From positions 32,453-96,452 of IMG/VR virus record IMGVR_UViG_3300022868_000014: 64,000 bases of DNA; one strand, given 5' to 3'. This DNA is from a virus. The notes below the pieces were generated by a model. It saw only the letters and a list, made by a program, of their open reading frames with translations, had not been told where the DNA came from and made no database searches. The position numbers and the translations under genes are program-made. Below are positions 45,442 through 56,766 of this stretch, one piece after another (within the stretch, counting starts at the first letter, position 1; each line of letters begins with the position of its first letter).

Positions 45442-46298
45442 TGGATTATTTTGACAGAGTATCAGTGGTTGCTAACCCAGCCAACTATAAAATAGTGACG
45501 TGGAAGATGCGTACCCTACAGGGTTTACCGTCTTCCGTTGACTTCTTTGTAGACAAAGCCCGTAGTGGTGGAGACTGGAAGGAGATAGCTGGCCCCCTTA
45601 CCGACACATGCCAATTTGTAGACACCCTTAAATGGAACTGGAACAAAGATAAGAATACCTTCTACCGTACACGCTTCTTGCTTGACGGCGAATGGCAACT
45701 ATCAACACCAGCCCAGGCCATAGGTGAATGGAACCACAGTGACTACCTCAAAGCTAAAGAGATCTGCCGTAAGGAATATCTCCGCATGAGGGTCGCGGGC
45801 GAGAGCGGAATCCTTCTTAAACGTAAGGAGTGGGGTGCTAGATGTGGCTGCACCGATTTCGACACAGGTGAGGTGGTTAGCAGTAGATGCCGTAATTGCC
45901 TAGGGACAGGTATTATAGGGGGCTACTATGCACCTATAACTCTTCCTATGGTTGGAGACCCCAACGAAAAGTCTACCAGCTTTAAGCAACAAGGCCTTGT
46001 TCACGACGAAGTCAGATCTGGCAGAGTAGTTGCTTATCCTCTTATATCAAATGATGACATATGGATCAACTCCAGGTCCAACGAAAGATGGCAAGTGAGG
46101 AAGCTAAGTACTGTCGCAGAGATCAGACGAATACCGATAGTTCAGAAGCTACAGTTGCATTTGATACCACAAACTGATATTATTTATAGTGAAGAGGCAA
46201 ACGAGAAGGCCTTAGAAGAACCATCCGAACAAATAGACAATGAGTATGGGTGGGAAACCGATGATAATGCTGATTGTATTAACGACTTTGATTTTTGA
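45441..46298 (+). CDS. putative head-closure/neck protein with Zn finger
   Basis: RCGC...CRNCLGTGIIGGY; gene order. Confidence 0.5.
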   Translation: MDYFDRVSVVANPANYKIVTWKMRTLQGLPSSVDFFVDKARSGGDWKEIAGPLTDTCQFVDTLKWNWNKDKNTFYRTRFLLDGEWQLSTPAQAIGEWNHSDYLKAKEICRKEYLRMRVAGESGILLKRKEWGARCGCTDFDTGEVVSSRCRNCLGTGIIGGYYAPITLPMVGDPNEKSTSFKQQGLVHDEVRSGRVVAYPLISNDDIWINSRSNERWQVRKLSTVAEIRRIPIVQKLQLHLIPQTDIIYSEEANEKALEEPSEQIDNEYGWETDDNADCINDFDF

Positions 46299-46307
46299 GG
46301 AAACTAA

Positions 46308-47003
46308 ATGGCACTAATAGATGAACCAACCTGGGAAGTAGACGAAGAGCTCATACAGAAAGCGTTTGAGGACCCTGCTGCCTTATGTAACATGAGGTTT
46401 ACACCGAGCATTGTTACAGGTATAATCCTAAGGCTAGTGCAAGCACATTTTGAGAATCCTGATAATATAAGAGACCATAAACTTAAACAATTGGTCTGGG
46501 TAGATGATAAAGTATCAAACGACTCTATCCAGTCTAATATTCTAATAGGACCGTTATATAAGTATGATAAGAGACAACTGCAGAACCGACCCGCAGTCCT
46601 GGTATTCAGGCAAGCGGCTGTTGCGCAGAAGTTTCCCCTAGACAGTAAGACACTGACTACTCTGCGTGATAATGGTAATTTCGAAGGTGAAAGATACGTA
46701 GTACCTATAAGCTGTACCCATGTGGTGCGATGCATCGCCAAAGGCGCATTCGCAGCAGATCGTATTGGAGAGGAGGTCTTTTACAGGCTTCTGGAATACT
46801 TCCCAGCTATTAAACAGGACTTCCCTTTCAGTAACATAGGGATAACGAACTTAAACGAACCAAAGAAGATCGGAGACGAATCAAATGAGAATTTCGTAGT
46901 CGACATCGCGGTACAGTGGGTTCATATCCATGGTTGGACATTGGCTCCGATTGCACCTATATTAAAGAAAGTGCGATTCGAAGATAGCACATTCAATCAA
47001 TAA
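46308..47003 (+). CDS. putative tail terminator/completion protein
   Basis: Immediately upstream of the sheath gene; size and RPAVLV motif. Confidence 0.45.
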   Translation: MALIDEPTWEVDEELIQKAFEDPAALCNMRFTPSIVTGIILRLVQAHFENPDNIRDHKLKQLVWVDDKVSNDSIQSNILIGPLYKYDKRQLQNRPAVLVFRQAAVAQKFPLDSKTLTTLRDNGNFEGERYVVPISCTHVVRCIAKGAFAADRIGEEVFYRLLEYFPAIKQDFPFSNIGITNLNEPKKIGDESNENFVVDIAVQWVHIHGWTLAPIAPILKKVRFEDSTFNQ

Positions 47004-47032
47004 ATAAACAGTAACAAACAGGAGTAACAGCG

Positions 47033-49840
47033 ATGGCTTATTCACCTCCTTCATTGAAGGTATATCAAGAGTTTGTACCGCAGCTGGCTGGAAACACTCT
47101 TCCTCTCTATGCATGTATTATTGCACCGCAATATGGATTACATAGATTTACGGACGAGAGCGAGAAGGCATTGCTGGGAGCTTACAACTCAACTATTGGT
47201 AATACCTACACGTCATGGCCTGACAAGACAGCAGGCAGCACGGTAGATGTTAGTTCGTCCGAAATATGGGTCGAAGATGGCATTCTAGAGTATTATAGTT
47301 TCACCTTAACCGGTGCAGTCGGCGATGGCTTAACAGTCAACGGCGGTAACAAGATCCGATCAAACGCATTGGTGTTTAGAACACTCAACGGGACAGCCCG
47401 TAGTAGTGTCTATGGCACACGTGACGTTGCACTCGGAGATTATGTAAAAGTACAATATGGCTCAACTACATTGGAAACAACTGTTTCTGGAGTAGAAGTC
47501 GAAGAAGCAGCGGCTGTAGTGGGAACACTAAGGGCGTCTTCAACAAATCAGGCAGCTATTGTAGCAGCTAGTGCGACAGTAACAGAGAATATCGCGTCAA
47601 CCGCGTTTGCTGTGACTGGTAGTGCAGCCGCTTATGATGGTATTGCTGAAGGTGATGCTACAGAAACATATACTGTAGTTGTTATCGCAACAGATGGGAC
47701 AGTCGATAATACGAGTCTCTCCGTCACATCAGCTTCCGGTAACGATGATGTAGCAACCAAGGCATTAAGTGCCAGTGGAGTAGCTACAGCATGTGGTACT
47801 CGTGGAGCAACCTTCACATTAACAGCCGACGGAGGCCTCGCTAGCACAAGTAGCAGTAATAGCAGCAGTAGCGTAAGCGAAAGCAGCAGCAGCTCAGTAG
47901 CGAACAGTCTAACAAGTAGTAGCAGTAGTCTTTTCAGTAGCTCCAGTGAAACACTGAGTTCTACATCTGACAGTTCTGTTACGAATAGTTCAAGCTCCTC
48001 ATCAGAGTCTTCTAATATTGATAGACAACTGGTTGTAGGTGATTATTGGACAGTGGCTGTAGCACAAGCATATGTATTGCCAATACCTACATCAGGTGGC
48101 ACATATGTTGGAACACGTGATACAACATACCTCGGTACAATAACTCAAGGTGGAGTTATTGGAACAGATACAGTTAAGGTTCAGCCTTCTACCACAAACG
48201 GGTATGATGGTGGATCTGAAGTTTCTGTCACAGTTGCGGGCGCAATTAGCCTCGGTAACTACGGCGTGACAATGACCCTCAATACTGCTGAGCAGTATGT
48301 TGCAGGTGACGTGTTTACAATTGCATCAACAGCAGCAGCTGATGGCGCGGTTAAAACACTTATTCTCGCTGATAAATTGACAGGTGCTTTGACTACTGAT
48401 ACGATTCTCGTAACACAAGGTCTAACTGCTACATTTGAACTGGATGACGTAAACTGGACAGCTTCTAGCAGTCAGTTGGTTGTCGCAGCAAGTGCAACTC
48501 AAGTCGGTACATACCTCGGGACAAGTCAATCATTTGACATTCTGTCCGGTGACCTGTACGTAGATTACAGAGAACTGTTAGTTGCTAACACAACTGTAGC
48601 AAGTTCACTGAGTAGTATTTCAGATGTTGAAGATGCTTTAGGACCTGTTCATCCTGATAATCCTCTTTCAATGATGGTTTACACAGCACTGTTGGGTTCC
48701 AATGGTACATCTGTATACTATATTGCAACTACAAGCACAACTGCCGCGGGTTATACTGATGCACTTGATCGCTTAACAGAGGTTAGCGAAGCCTATAGTT
48801 TGGTACCGCATGATACATCACGGACTATTGCAGATCTGATAGAGGCTCATGTAGATGAGATGTCGGCTCCTGACAATGCTCTTTTCCGTATCTTATGGCG
48901 CGGGCTTGACATCAAAAGGCTTACATCACTGTACGCAGCACTCGCTGATACTACTGAGATCCTAGCAACAGTAACCGGGACACAGCTTCTGGCAACTGGC
49001 GCTAAGTTTATTACCAACGGAGTAGCAGCAGCAGATATCGTAAGGATCAACTACCACCAAGATGGTGTAGGTAATATCATTTATGATAGTTACATTGTTG
49101 ATTCGGTTATTTCCGAAGATGAGATAAAACTCCTCACCGGACCTACAACTCCGATTGCAATTGCTATTAAGATGGAAGTATGGCGTAATGCATCACTGAA
49201 TCAGTATGCAGCTAATATCTCCGCTGAAGCAATTCATCATGATAACAGACGCGTAACAGCAGTCTGGGCAGAGCCTATCTCTTTACTAGGCCATTCAGGA
49301 CTCTCTAACGCTTACCTGGCAGCATTGCTCGCCGGTACTCGTTCAGCAGGTGCGCCTCATCAGCCTATGACCCTGACAGAAGTTTCTTACATCAGTATGA
49401 CTGTAGGAACAAACTTCGGAGCAACGCAGCTCAACAGCATGGCCGGTAACGGTGTATGGCTGGTAGTTCAGGATGTTGACGGGACAATCTACAACAGGCA
49501 TCAGGTAACAACTGATCCGTTTGATGTGTTCACTCGTGAGCAGACTATCACTACAAACTTGGACCACGTTAGCCGTGATTACAAGACAGCAGTATCTGAC
49601 CTATATGGTCAAGGTAATGTGTCTCAATCAATGCTACGCTTGATCGAAGGGCGTATCGATAGTACTACGACCTCTATCATAGGCCGGATCTATTCTGAGA
49701 TCATTGGTCCACAGATGGAGTCTATTAAAATAACAAGACTGGAAGCAGATGCGGTTCTTAGGGATCAAGTCTGGGTCGAAATGGACATCGTACTACCTGT
49801 ACCGTTGAACCATCTCGTACTGAAATTCCGGTTAATATAA
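47033..49840 (+). CDS. tail sheath protein with inserted domains and Ser-rich tract
   Basis: N-terminal YSPPSLKVYQEF; C-terminal sheath-like domain (LNSMAGNGVWLV...RHQVTT...PVPLNHLVL); followed by a tube-sized gene. Confidence 0.75.
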   Translation: MAYSPPSLKVYQEFVPQLAGNTLPLYACIIAPQYGLHRFTDESEKALLGAYNSTIGNTYTSWPDKTAGSTVDVSSSEIWVEDGILEYYSFTLTGAVGDGLTVNGGNKIRSNALVFRTLNGTARSSVYGTRDVALGDYVKVQYGSTTLETTVSGVEVEEAAAVVGTLRASSTNQAAIVAASATVTENIASTAFAVTGSAAAYDGIAEGDATETYTVVVIATDGTVDNTSLSVTSASGNDDVATKALSASGVATACGTRGATFTLTADGGLASTSSSNSSSSVSESSSSSVANSLTSSSSSLFSSSSETLSSTSDSSVTNSSSSSSESSNIDRQLVVGDYWTVAVAQAYVLPIPTSGGTYVGTRDTTYLGTITQGGVIGTDTVKVQPSTTNGYDGGSEVSVTVAGAISLGNYGVTMTLNTAEQYVAGDVFTIASTAAADGAVKTLILADKLTGALTTDTILVTQGLTATFELDDVNWTASSSQLVVAASATQVGTYLGTSQSFDILSGDLYVDYRELLVANTTVASSLSSISDVEDALGPVHPDNPLSMMVYTALLGSNGTSVYYIATTSTTAAGYTDALDRLTEVSEAYSLVPHDTSRTIADLIEAHVDEMSAPDNALFRILWRGLDIKRLTSLYAALADTTEILATVTGTQLLATGAKFITNGVAAADIVRINYHQDGVGNIIYDSYIVDSVISEDEIKLLTGPTTPIAIAIKMEVWRNASLNQYAANISAEAIHHDNRRVTAVWAEPISLLGHSGLSNAYLAALLAGTRSAGAPHQPMTLTEVSYISMTVGTNFGATQLNSMAGNGVWLVVQDVDGTIYNRHQVTTDPFDVFTREQTITTNLDHVSRDYKTAVSDLYGQGNVSQSMLRLIEGRIDSTTTSIIGRIYSEIIGPQMESIKITRLEADAVLRDQVWVEMDIVLPVPLNHLVLKFRLI

Positions 49841-49852
49841 CGGAGATGCGTC

Positions 49853-50335
49853 ATGGCTCAAGATGTATATAATGTACAGATAGGCGATCCAGTTGCATGG
49901 AAACTAGATGGTTTGCTCATCAACTTTGATGATAATAATGCAGACCTTCTGGCTACCGGTTGTAACTTAAGTTACGCTAGGAACCTGACAAGCACTTTTC
50001 CGATTAATACCAATAAGAGATTAATAATCTCAGGGATACCTCAGGGGTCCCTTACTATTGGTAGTATCATCGGTCCAATAGGTGACTTGAAAGCGTTTTT
50101 AGATCGTTACGCTGATGTGTGTAACATCAATCGCAATGTAATAACAATTAGGCCGGGCGGGATTACCCCCTGTGAAGGCGACGACACGAACTTTAAGTTC
50201 TTGAAACTCACCTTAACTGGTTGCTTAATCCAATCCTTCGGTTTAACCGTTGAGAATCGTGATGGCATGGGTATGGTTAACTCTACTATTGCTATGCAGT
50301 TTGTTGGTCTCCAGACCGAAAATACAAACGATTAG
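49853..50335 (+). CDS. tail tube protein
   Basis: 160 aa, beta-rich, directly after the sheath gene; LTGCLIQSFG motif. Confidence 0.65.
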   Translation: MAQDVYNVQIGDPVAWKLDGLLINFDDNNADLLATGCNLSYARNLTSTFPINTNKRLIISGIPQGSLTIGSIIGPIGDLKAFLDRYADVCNINRNVITIRPGGITPCEGDDTNFKFLKLTLTGCLIQSFGLTVENRDGMGMVNSTIAMQFVGLQTENTND

Positions 50336-50369
50336 TTTATTATAATAATTAGTAGAGGGGCTTTTCTAT

Positions 50370-52967
50370 ATGCCACCATCTGTCTATAATGTTCTTGAGG
50401 CTGCGGGTTCCGATTCGCAGCCTCAATTTTTAGAGTTTGATACCGGTATAGTGTGTTATGCTATCCCGGCATTGAATGCCTATTACGTTATACCCTCCCA
50501 GAACATGGGCGGAGCAGGCGATCCTATTATGAACGTGGCCTTTGCCATGAATGGGTCAGCTCTTAAATATGGAGCCACTGTCTCTGAGTATTATCAACCC
50601 GGTACATGTGTACTAATCGCGAAAACAGGAGCAGCGGCTCACGCGGGCACACCCGAGGCTCGTAGATTTTTAGTTATAGTAGGCTCCATACCTAAAGATG
50701 CAATACTGGATCCTACCACATTCCCTACACGATCAATAATGCCAGGAGTAGGCATTGACTATGAAACTAACCCCTTTGCTAATAGTCTTAAAGCTGCCCG
50801 GGAAATCTCCACTATCATAACTGATAGGAGCTATGGACGACACATTGAAGCCTTGGCCGGTGATTGGGCTGTTATTAATGACTTCATGAACTATATACTC
50901 ATGGGTCAGAACTATGTGGGCATTGGTGCTTTGCGTGCTAGAATAGAAGCACACTCTATCCAAAATAAATTAAAACTTACAGCTGATGACTTACGAATAG
51001 AGGGCCTAGGCTCCGAGTCAGCTGACAGACCTGACCTAAAAGAATTACTATTATACAGTAGAAGGGCTCGTACCATACTTGAAGGTATGGGCAGTACCTC
51101 TGCTACCCCAGTTGTCGCTGATGATCTCGGTGACTTTGAACCTATAGAGAAGGACCAGCAAGGTATCTTCCGCCATGAGGATTATGAAGGCGAACTTGTT
51201 GATGGTATATGGAAGACTACTAAACTACCACCTGCTCTAGAGGCCGTACGTACATGGGAAGAGGATAAACCAGAACTAGGCCTTACATCCGAGCAGCTGC
51301 AGTATGATGGCCTATACGAGAGGCGTGGCGCTAACCAGGTTTCATCTGTTAAGAGCCCTTATGTACCGGTTGTCCGGGCACTAATGCCCGAAGAAAAAAA
51401 TGAAGACCCCTTCCCTGATGAAGAGGAAGGCACCAGTTGGCAGGAGAAAGAAGGTATATCTGATGAAGACTATCCTAACATAGCACCAGCTAACAGTACT
51501 GATGAATTTGACCACAACACTGCAGAATACTGGCGTAAACGTCTTCGGTCCAGGACTGATAACTGGAAGGTATACACACCAGAAGAGGTTAAGGATGAGT
51601 ATGGTCTTGACATGGATAGACGTAAAGAGATACCAGGACTGGATGAAACAGAACACGACTACCCCATCCCCGAGGTAGTAGAGATTGAAGACCCTGCAAC
51701 TGGTAAAAAATATAAATATTATGCTGCTGAATCCTTTATTAAACAGCTACCTGATGGTAGCATTTCTATATCAGATGGATACGGAGCAGAGATAAGAATG
51801 GTTAAGGGTCGTATAATCATATCAGCAGCAACTGATATAGAGCAGCGCCCGGGCCGTGACATAGTTAATATGGCGGGTAGGCACCTTGTGAACAATGCAG
51901 GTGACAGCTTATTCATGCAGGCCTCTAATGGCTCTATATACTCAAAGGCAGAGAAAGATTACAGAATACTGGCGGGTAACTCAGGTGAAGGTACTTTAAC
52001 CATAGAATCCAGAGGAAAAGCAGAGGCAGATCCTAACAGTAATGATCCAGAGAAGCGCGTTGATGGTGGTATTGTAATGAAATCCTCCTCTAACATAGGC
52101 ATCGTGGGTAAAGATATGTACATAGGTGTCTATGATAAAGATGATGCCAGCCCTAATGGATTGAAGAGGACTAAGTCCGGTACTATCATAATTGACTCCT
52201 GCGGGGGTGTACTGGGTATGCTCGGTTCATCTATGTACTCAAACTTTAAAACAAATATATCAATGACATGCACAGCAGGTAATGGTTCAGGGCTGTCATT
52301 GGGGTCCGCACGTATAGGACTCTTCGCAACAAGCTTAGACCTGGGAACAGGTAATTGTCTTATCAATGTACCATCCAGCGGGTCAGTAGCCGTCAAGACA
52401 TTAGGAGCATCAGGCGTAGTCAGTGAAAATATATCTGTAACAGGAAGGCCCATACTATCAGTCGGGGGTAACATCCAAGCCTTAACTGGTATTATGGCAG
52501 GTGGGTCCATGGGGGCTGCATCCATGTCGGCGGGTCGCGGGAGCTTTGGTGGAGCATCTAAGCATTATAGCCATAAGGGTGGTAGTACACCTACTATATC
52601 TATACCAGCCTTGGATTCTAGTGCACTTAAAGCAGCTGGTGAAAGTTTTGAAGAGAAAGTCGGAGGAGCATCCGACACATTATATAAAGGAGCTAACCTA
52701 CAAGGCACAGGCTTCGTATATCCTACAGGAGGAGACATGAGAGTTTCCTCTGATTATAAGATGTATGCTGCCAGATGGCAGAATATGATACCCGTAGAGG
52801 AGTCCAAAGCATGGGATGAGAAAATGGTTAAGTCTCCGGACGGAGCCTCAGAATCTTACATTTATCCCGGTAAAGCGCATTGGGAACGGAAGTCTTTCTT
52901 TATGGGAGTCAACAATGGGGTTATATTAAAGGATGAATATGTTATCAACACCACACAGGAGGATTGA
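50370..52967 (+). CDS. putative baseplate central spike (gp5/VgrG-like)
   Basis: N-terminal OB-like region (PGTCVLI) and beta-helix-like repeats (DGSISISDGYGAEIRM...). Confidence 0.5.
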   Translation: MPPSVYNVLEAAGSDSQPQFLEFDTGIVCYAIPALNAYYVIPSQNMGGAGDPIMNVAFAMNGSALKYGATVSEYYQPGTCVLIAKTGAAAHAGTPEARRFLVIVGSIPKDAILDPTTFPTRSIMPGVGIDYETNPFANSLKAAREISTIITDRSYGRHIEALAGDWAVINDFMNYILMGQNYVGIGALRARIEAHSIQNKLKLTADDLRIEGLGSESADRPDLKELLLYSRRARTILEGMGSTSATPVVADDLGDFEPIEKDQQGIFRHEDYEGELVDGIWKTTKLPPALEAVRTWEEDKPELGLTSEQLQYDGLYERRGANQVSSVKSPYVPVVRALMPEEKNEDPFPDEEEGTSWQEKEGISDEDYPNIAPANSTDEFDHNTAEYWRKRLRSRTDNWKVYTPEEVKDEYGLDMDRRKEIPGLDETEHDYPIPEVVEIEDPATGKKYKYYAAESFIKQLPDGSISISDGYGAEIRMVKGRIIISAATDIEQRPGRDIVNMAGRHLVNNAGDSLFMQASNGSIYSKAEKDYRILAGNSGEGTLTIESRGKAEADPNSNDPEKRVDGGIVMKSSSNIGIVGKDMYIGVYDKDDASPNGLKRTKSGTIIIDSCGGVLGMLGSSMYSNFKTNISMTCTAGNGSGLSLGSARIGLFATSLDLGTGNCLINVPSSGSVAVKTLGASGVVSENISVTGRPILSVGGNIQALTGIMAGGSMGAASMSAGRGSFGGASKHYSHKGGSTPTISIPALDSSALKAAGESFEEKVGGASDTLYKGANLQGTGFVYPTGGDMRVSSDYKMYAARWQNMIPVEESKAWDEKMVKSPDGASESYIYPGKAHWERKSFFMGVNNGVILKDEYVINTTQED

Positions 52968-52969
52968 TT

Positions 52970-53515
52970 ATGTCAGAAGAAGAATTGAACGCAGCAGAAG
53001 CTGTAGAAGAGGGGATCAAAGCGGAACCATGCATTAGATGCGGGTTCTCAATTGATCATGAACCGTTACCTTTAGAAGAGGATATGGAAGAGTATCTGCG
53101 ATGTATCCTAGGAGGGCTATCTTTTATGAAAGAGTATTCCCTATATAATGGGAAGATCCAGTTAACCTTCAGGAGTATTAATAACAGAGAAGTAGATCAG
53201 CTTAATGATATTCTGTTTCGTATTGCTGATCATATGGATACCCAGGAAGTACAGGATAGGGGTATTAAGCTTAAGCTTATGTACTTCTTAGCTAAGGTTA
53301 AGCTATCAGACCGCGATGAGGAATATGATATTCCTACATTGACCGAGTTTGCTCAGATCCCTGAAGAGTTTAATAAACGATTCGGTGACTGTGCTGAACC
53401 TATTATAAGACTAATGAGTCAGTCTTTACTTCTTTTCATGGACCTTCAAGGTTTACTCGTATCCCAGGGATTCGATGAAAATTTTTGGAAGGGCGCTGGG
53501 CTACGCTCGCGGTAA
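52970..53515 (+). CDS. tail assembly chaperone (G-like)
   Basis: Upstream of the tape measure gene; slippery A AAT TTT near the 3' end. Confidence 0.65.
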   Translation: MSEEELNAAEAVEEGIKAEPCIRCGFSIDHEPLPLEEDMEEYLRCILGGLSFMKEYSLYNGKIQLTFRSINNREVDQLNDILFRIADHMDTQEVQDRGIKLKLMYFLAKVKLSDRDEEYDIPTLTEFAQIPEEFNKRFGDCAEPIIRLMSQSLLLFMDLQGLLVSQGFDENFWKGAGLRSR

Positions 53516-53814
53516 GGGCACAGCGCACGGGAGTGCTAGATTATCGCACATATGAGCAGGCTGATTCTAAGTGGTTACTTAAAGAACAACTGCTGCTCAA
53601 TGATATAGAGAATAGCGTTATGGCCGAACATTGTAGGGTATTACTCCCTATATTGGACCCGGACCAACGCCTAGACCTCTTCGACCAGATATTAGGTTAT
53701 GAGTTACCGTGGCTACTCAAAGGGATCACTGAAGGCAACTCGGCCGATCACTTGATAGCACAATATAAAGACGCAATGGAAAAGAAACATGGCAGAAGAA
53801 GAAAAGAAGCGTGA
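53485..53814 (+). CDS. tail assembly chaperone -1 frameshift extension (T-like)
   Basis: -1 frame ORF that begins at the slippery site and has no RBS or ATG of its own. Confidence 0.65.
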   Translation: MEGRWATLAVRAQRTGVLDYRTYEQADSKWLLKEQLLLNDIENSVMAEHCRVLLPILDPDQRLDLFDQILGYELPWLLKGITEGNSADHLIAQYKDAMEKKHGRRRKEA

Positions 53815-56236
53815 ATTCTTTAATCCTAGTTGGAAGTCTAATGACTTAGATCGGGATATGGAAAATAATTTCACCCCGGGTGCCTTGCCTATGGCAGGTG
53901 CTGGGGCTAATAATGCCGTATCTACTCTAATGAGTCAGTTGAGCCCTTTACTAGGGTCCTTAGCCAACCTTGCAGGTATTGATCAAAAGATTGTAGAAGG
54001 TATAACCCGCTCAGTAGGCGGAGTGCTATCCACACGAGGATCCTTCACAGGTGGTTCAAACCTTGCTCACCAGCTTTATAATAGTGAACAGGCTAGTACC
54101 AATGCCAAGTTACTTAAAGGGTTTGACACAGCTTCAACAGATGGGCATACTCGTTTAACCCAGCAGATATATGAAAAGATGGGCCATGACCCTGCTACAG
54201 CCGCTATTAAGGCCAAAGCAGCTATGGATAACCCATTAAAGCCTATGGGCTTAGCCTCTGGGCAGGCCTTTGATTCATATGGTATGGACCAGATGCGGAG
54301 AAGCATGACAGCCAGTAGTCTTATTGGTGGTGTACATGTAAATAACAAAGCTACTCAAGATAGATTTGCTAAATACTCATCAGACCTTGCATCCAATTAC
54401 ATGGAGAATAAGTTTGCGTTTGGAGGGTTAAGCGGTGGTGATGTGGGACAACTACAGACTGCTATGACTCAGAGAGGTCAACTAGACTTTAAGACTGGTG
54501 GTAAAGGTAACAAATCCAGTGATATGGTTAATAAGGTTAAGGACATGGCTAAGGCCATCTCCCCTCTTAAGCAACTCTTTAATGAGAGTATACCCCAATT
54601 AATGGAGAGATTGGATGAGGCTTTCGGGGTAAGCACAGCCACCTTCAGTCCAGATCAAATCTCCAGTAAAATTGCTAGAATGAAGTACACAGCATCTCAG
54701 ACAGGTGTATCTGTGGGTCAGATTATGGGTATGGCAGGTAGTGCACGTCAAATGCTTGGTAGTATGGGCATGTCCGGTATGGGTGCTGACACAGCAGCTG
54801 TACAGGCAGCAGGTATGATGGGATCAGGTGTTAACCTGGCTCGCTTAGATCCCCAGAAGTTCCGCCAACAGGTATTAAGGGATGCTGTAGGGCAACAAGG
54901 TAGCCAAGCAGCTAAAGAATTATCAGGGGCTGCTGCTATAATGATGAGATCGGGTAAACATAAAACACACCAGGCTGCTGTTGATGCTTTGATGGCTGGT
55001 TTAGGTGATGATTTTTCTGTGGGTAATATGGCAAAGGTAGCCGGTGCCTCAAGAGGACAGATAGTAGCAGCTGGTATGTCCGAGACAGCTGAGGATATAA
55101 GAACACAGACAGATGTTGCCACAAACCTCACAGAAAAAAGGTATGGAGACTTCCGAACAGTGATGGGACAGGGTCTTAGGTATAGAGCACGTAAAGCACG
55201 TGATCCTAAGGTTAAGAAAGCCTATGCGACACTCATAGCTGGTCTACGGTCGGGTGCGGTTGACAATGAAGAGAATGCAGCAAAGGCTCTAAGTGGTATG
55301 GGATTAAGTGCGGGCCAGATGGAGGCTGTACTTGGGACATACAAAGCAGAGGGTAACATAGCTGCTGGTTCTGTAGGATTTGAAGGGGGACAGCGCGGAG
55401 CAATAGCCCAATACAATGCGGAACAGAATCGTAAGCTTATCTCAGATAAAACAGAGGAATGGGTTAAAACAGAAAAATCCATCAAAGCAGCCGGGCTAGA
55501 TGAACCCGGTTATGGTCTTATAGGTATGATACAAAATAAAGACGGTAAAGGTACTAAAGTAAGTGATGCCTTCGTAAAAGCTTTTGGGCTGCCTAAACTT
55601 AATATGGATACAAGCACAATTGATGCCTTAAATAAAGAAACAGGTGGAGCATCTAGATTAACTGACTCTGTTAAGATTGCCTTTACTAATATGAATAAGA
55701 AGGGTGTAAGTGCAAAAGCACTTGCCCGTTATAAGGCTATGGGTAAGGCACTGTCCATGGATAAAGGCGCGGATAAGGTAGCAGCGTTGGCTAAAGCCAG
55801 GGATGATATCTTCCTCAATGACACAGATGAAGGTGAAGCAGTACGGAAAGTAGCAGGCTTCTCAGATAATAAGGCCTTTACTACAGATTATCTTAAAGCC
55901 ACAGCACCAGTAAGGGAGCGGATGCTTAAGAAGGCAGGTATAACAAAAGCCTTAGCAGGAATGAAGGGTGACGATGCGAATATTAAAGCATTAAAAGCCA
56001 AGATAGCCGCCGCTTCAGCAACAGATGATACTGTGAACGTTAGGGAGATGATAGCAAACAGTGGCTTAGAAGATTCACAGCAAAAAGCATTAAGCAGGGA
56101 TTACGAGAAGATAATGAAAGACGAAGCGGGAGTAGACGTCTCAGAGACAGCTCCGGACTTCCTTAAACGTATTCTGGCAGCATTGGAAAGTCTAGCTAAG
56201 GCTCCCATACTTGGCGGCAAAGCAGAAACAGATTAA
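53789..56236 (+). CDS. tape measure protein
   Basis: 815 aa, Ala/Gly/Met-rich and helical; follows the chaperone pair. Confidence 0.7.
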   Translation: MAEEEKKREFFNPSWKSNDLDRDMENNFTPGALPMAGAGANNAVSTLMSQLSPLLGSLANLAGIDQKIVEGITRSVGGVLSTRGSFTGGSNLAHQLYNSEQASTNAKLLKGFDTASTDGHTRLTQQIYEKMGHDPATAAIKAKAAMDNPLKPMGLASGQAFDSYGMDQMRRSMTASSLIGGVHVNNKATQDRFAKYSSDLASNYMENKFAFGGLSGGDVGQLQTAMTQRGQLDFKTGGKGNKSSDMVNKVKDMAKAISPLKQLFNESIPQLMERLDEAFGVSTATFSPDQISSKIARMKYTASQTGVSVGQIMGMAGSARQMLGSMGMSGMGADTAAVQAAGMMGSGVNLARLDPQKFRQQVLRDAVGQQGSQAAKELSGAAAIMMRSGKHKTHQAAVDALMAGLGDDFSVGNMAKVAGASRGQIVAAGMSETAEDIRTQTDVATNLTEKRYGDFRTVMGQGLRYRARKARDPKVKKAYATLIAGLRSGAVDNEENAAKALSGMGLSAGQMEAVLGTYKAEGNIAAGSVGFEGGQRGAIAQYNAEQNRKLISDKTEEWVKTEKSIKAAGLDEPGYGLIGMIQNKDGKGTKVSDAFVKAFGLPKLNMDTSTIDALNKETGGASRLTDSVKIAFTNMNKKGVSAKALARYKAMGKALSMDKGADKVAALAKARDDIFLNDTDEGEAVRKVAGFSDNKAFTTDYLKATAPVRERMLKKAGITKALAGMKGDDANIKALKAKIAAASATDDTVNVREMIANSGLEDSQQKALSRDYEKIMKDEAGVDVSETAPDFLKRILAALESLAKAPILGGKAETD

Positions 56237-56248
56237 TAAGGAATAATT

Positions 56249-56746
56249 ATGGCAGGAAACAATATTTTTTTAGGACCCAACAATAAGGCACAGAACGCTG
56301 TTGCTATTAAGGATCCGTTTCGGGGCAGTAACGTATGCGATATACAGGTCAACGGACGGTCTCTTAATAATAAATTATATCTACTAACCGTAGCAGGTAG
56401 TGGTGCGGTTAACCTTCAGATAGATGTTAACTTTAATAATGCACTTTTTGTTACAGTATTTGGTGATAAATTAACACCATTGACCTTTAAAGGTCTAGCA
56501 ATACCTACAGTTTGTGATGGCACAGATGATGGTAGTGCTATAATAACATTCTTTAATGATTACAAGGCTGGTGCTAAGAAGTCTGATATAGATGTTATTA
56601 CCATAGCATATAACAGAGGTGACTTTGTATTTAAAGGCATTCTAACACAGATGTCCCTTAACCCTTATTCACAAGCGGGTGCTGATGCCTTCACATTTGA
56701 TATGACCCTACAAGGAAGGGTAGTCTCCAAGAACACAGGTTCTTGA
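56249..56746 (+). CDS. putative tube-initiator/baseplate protein
   Basis: Tube-like size and beta pattern; follows the tape measure gene. Confidence 0.45.
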   Translation: MAGNNIFLGPNNKAQNAVAIKDPFRGSNVCDIQVNGRSLNNKLYLLTVAGSGAVNLQIDVNFNNALFVTVFGDKLTPLTFKGLAIPTVCDGTDDGSAIITFFNDYKAGAKKSDIDVITIAYNRGDFVFKGILTQMSLNPYSQAGADAFTFDMTLQGRVVSKNTGS

Positions 56747-56766
56747 TCTTAATAAAGGATTATAAA

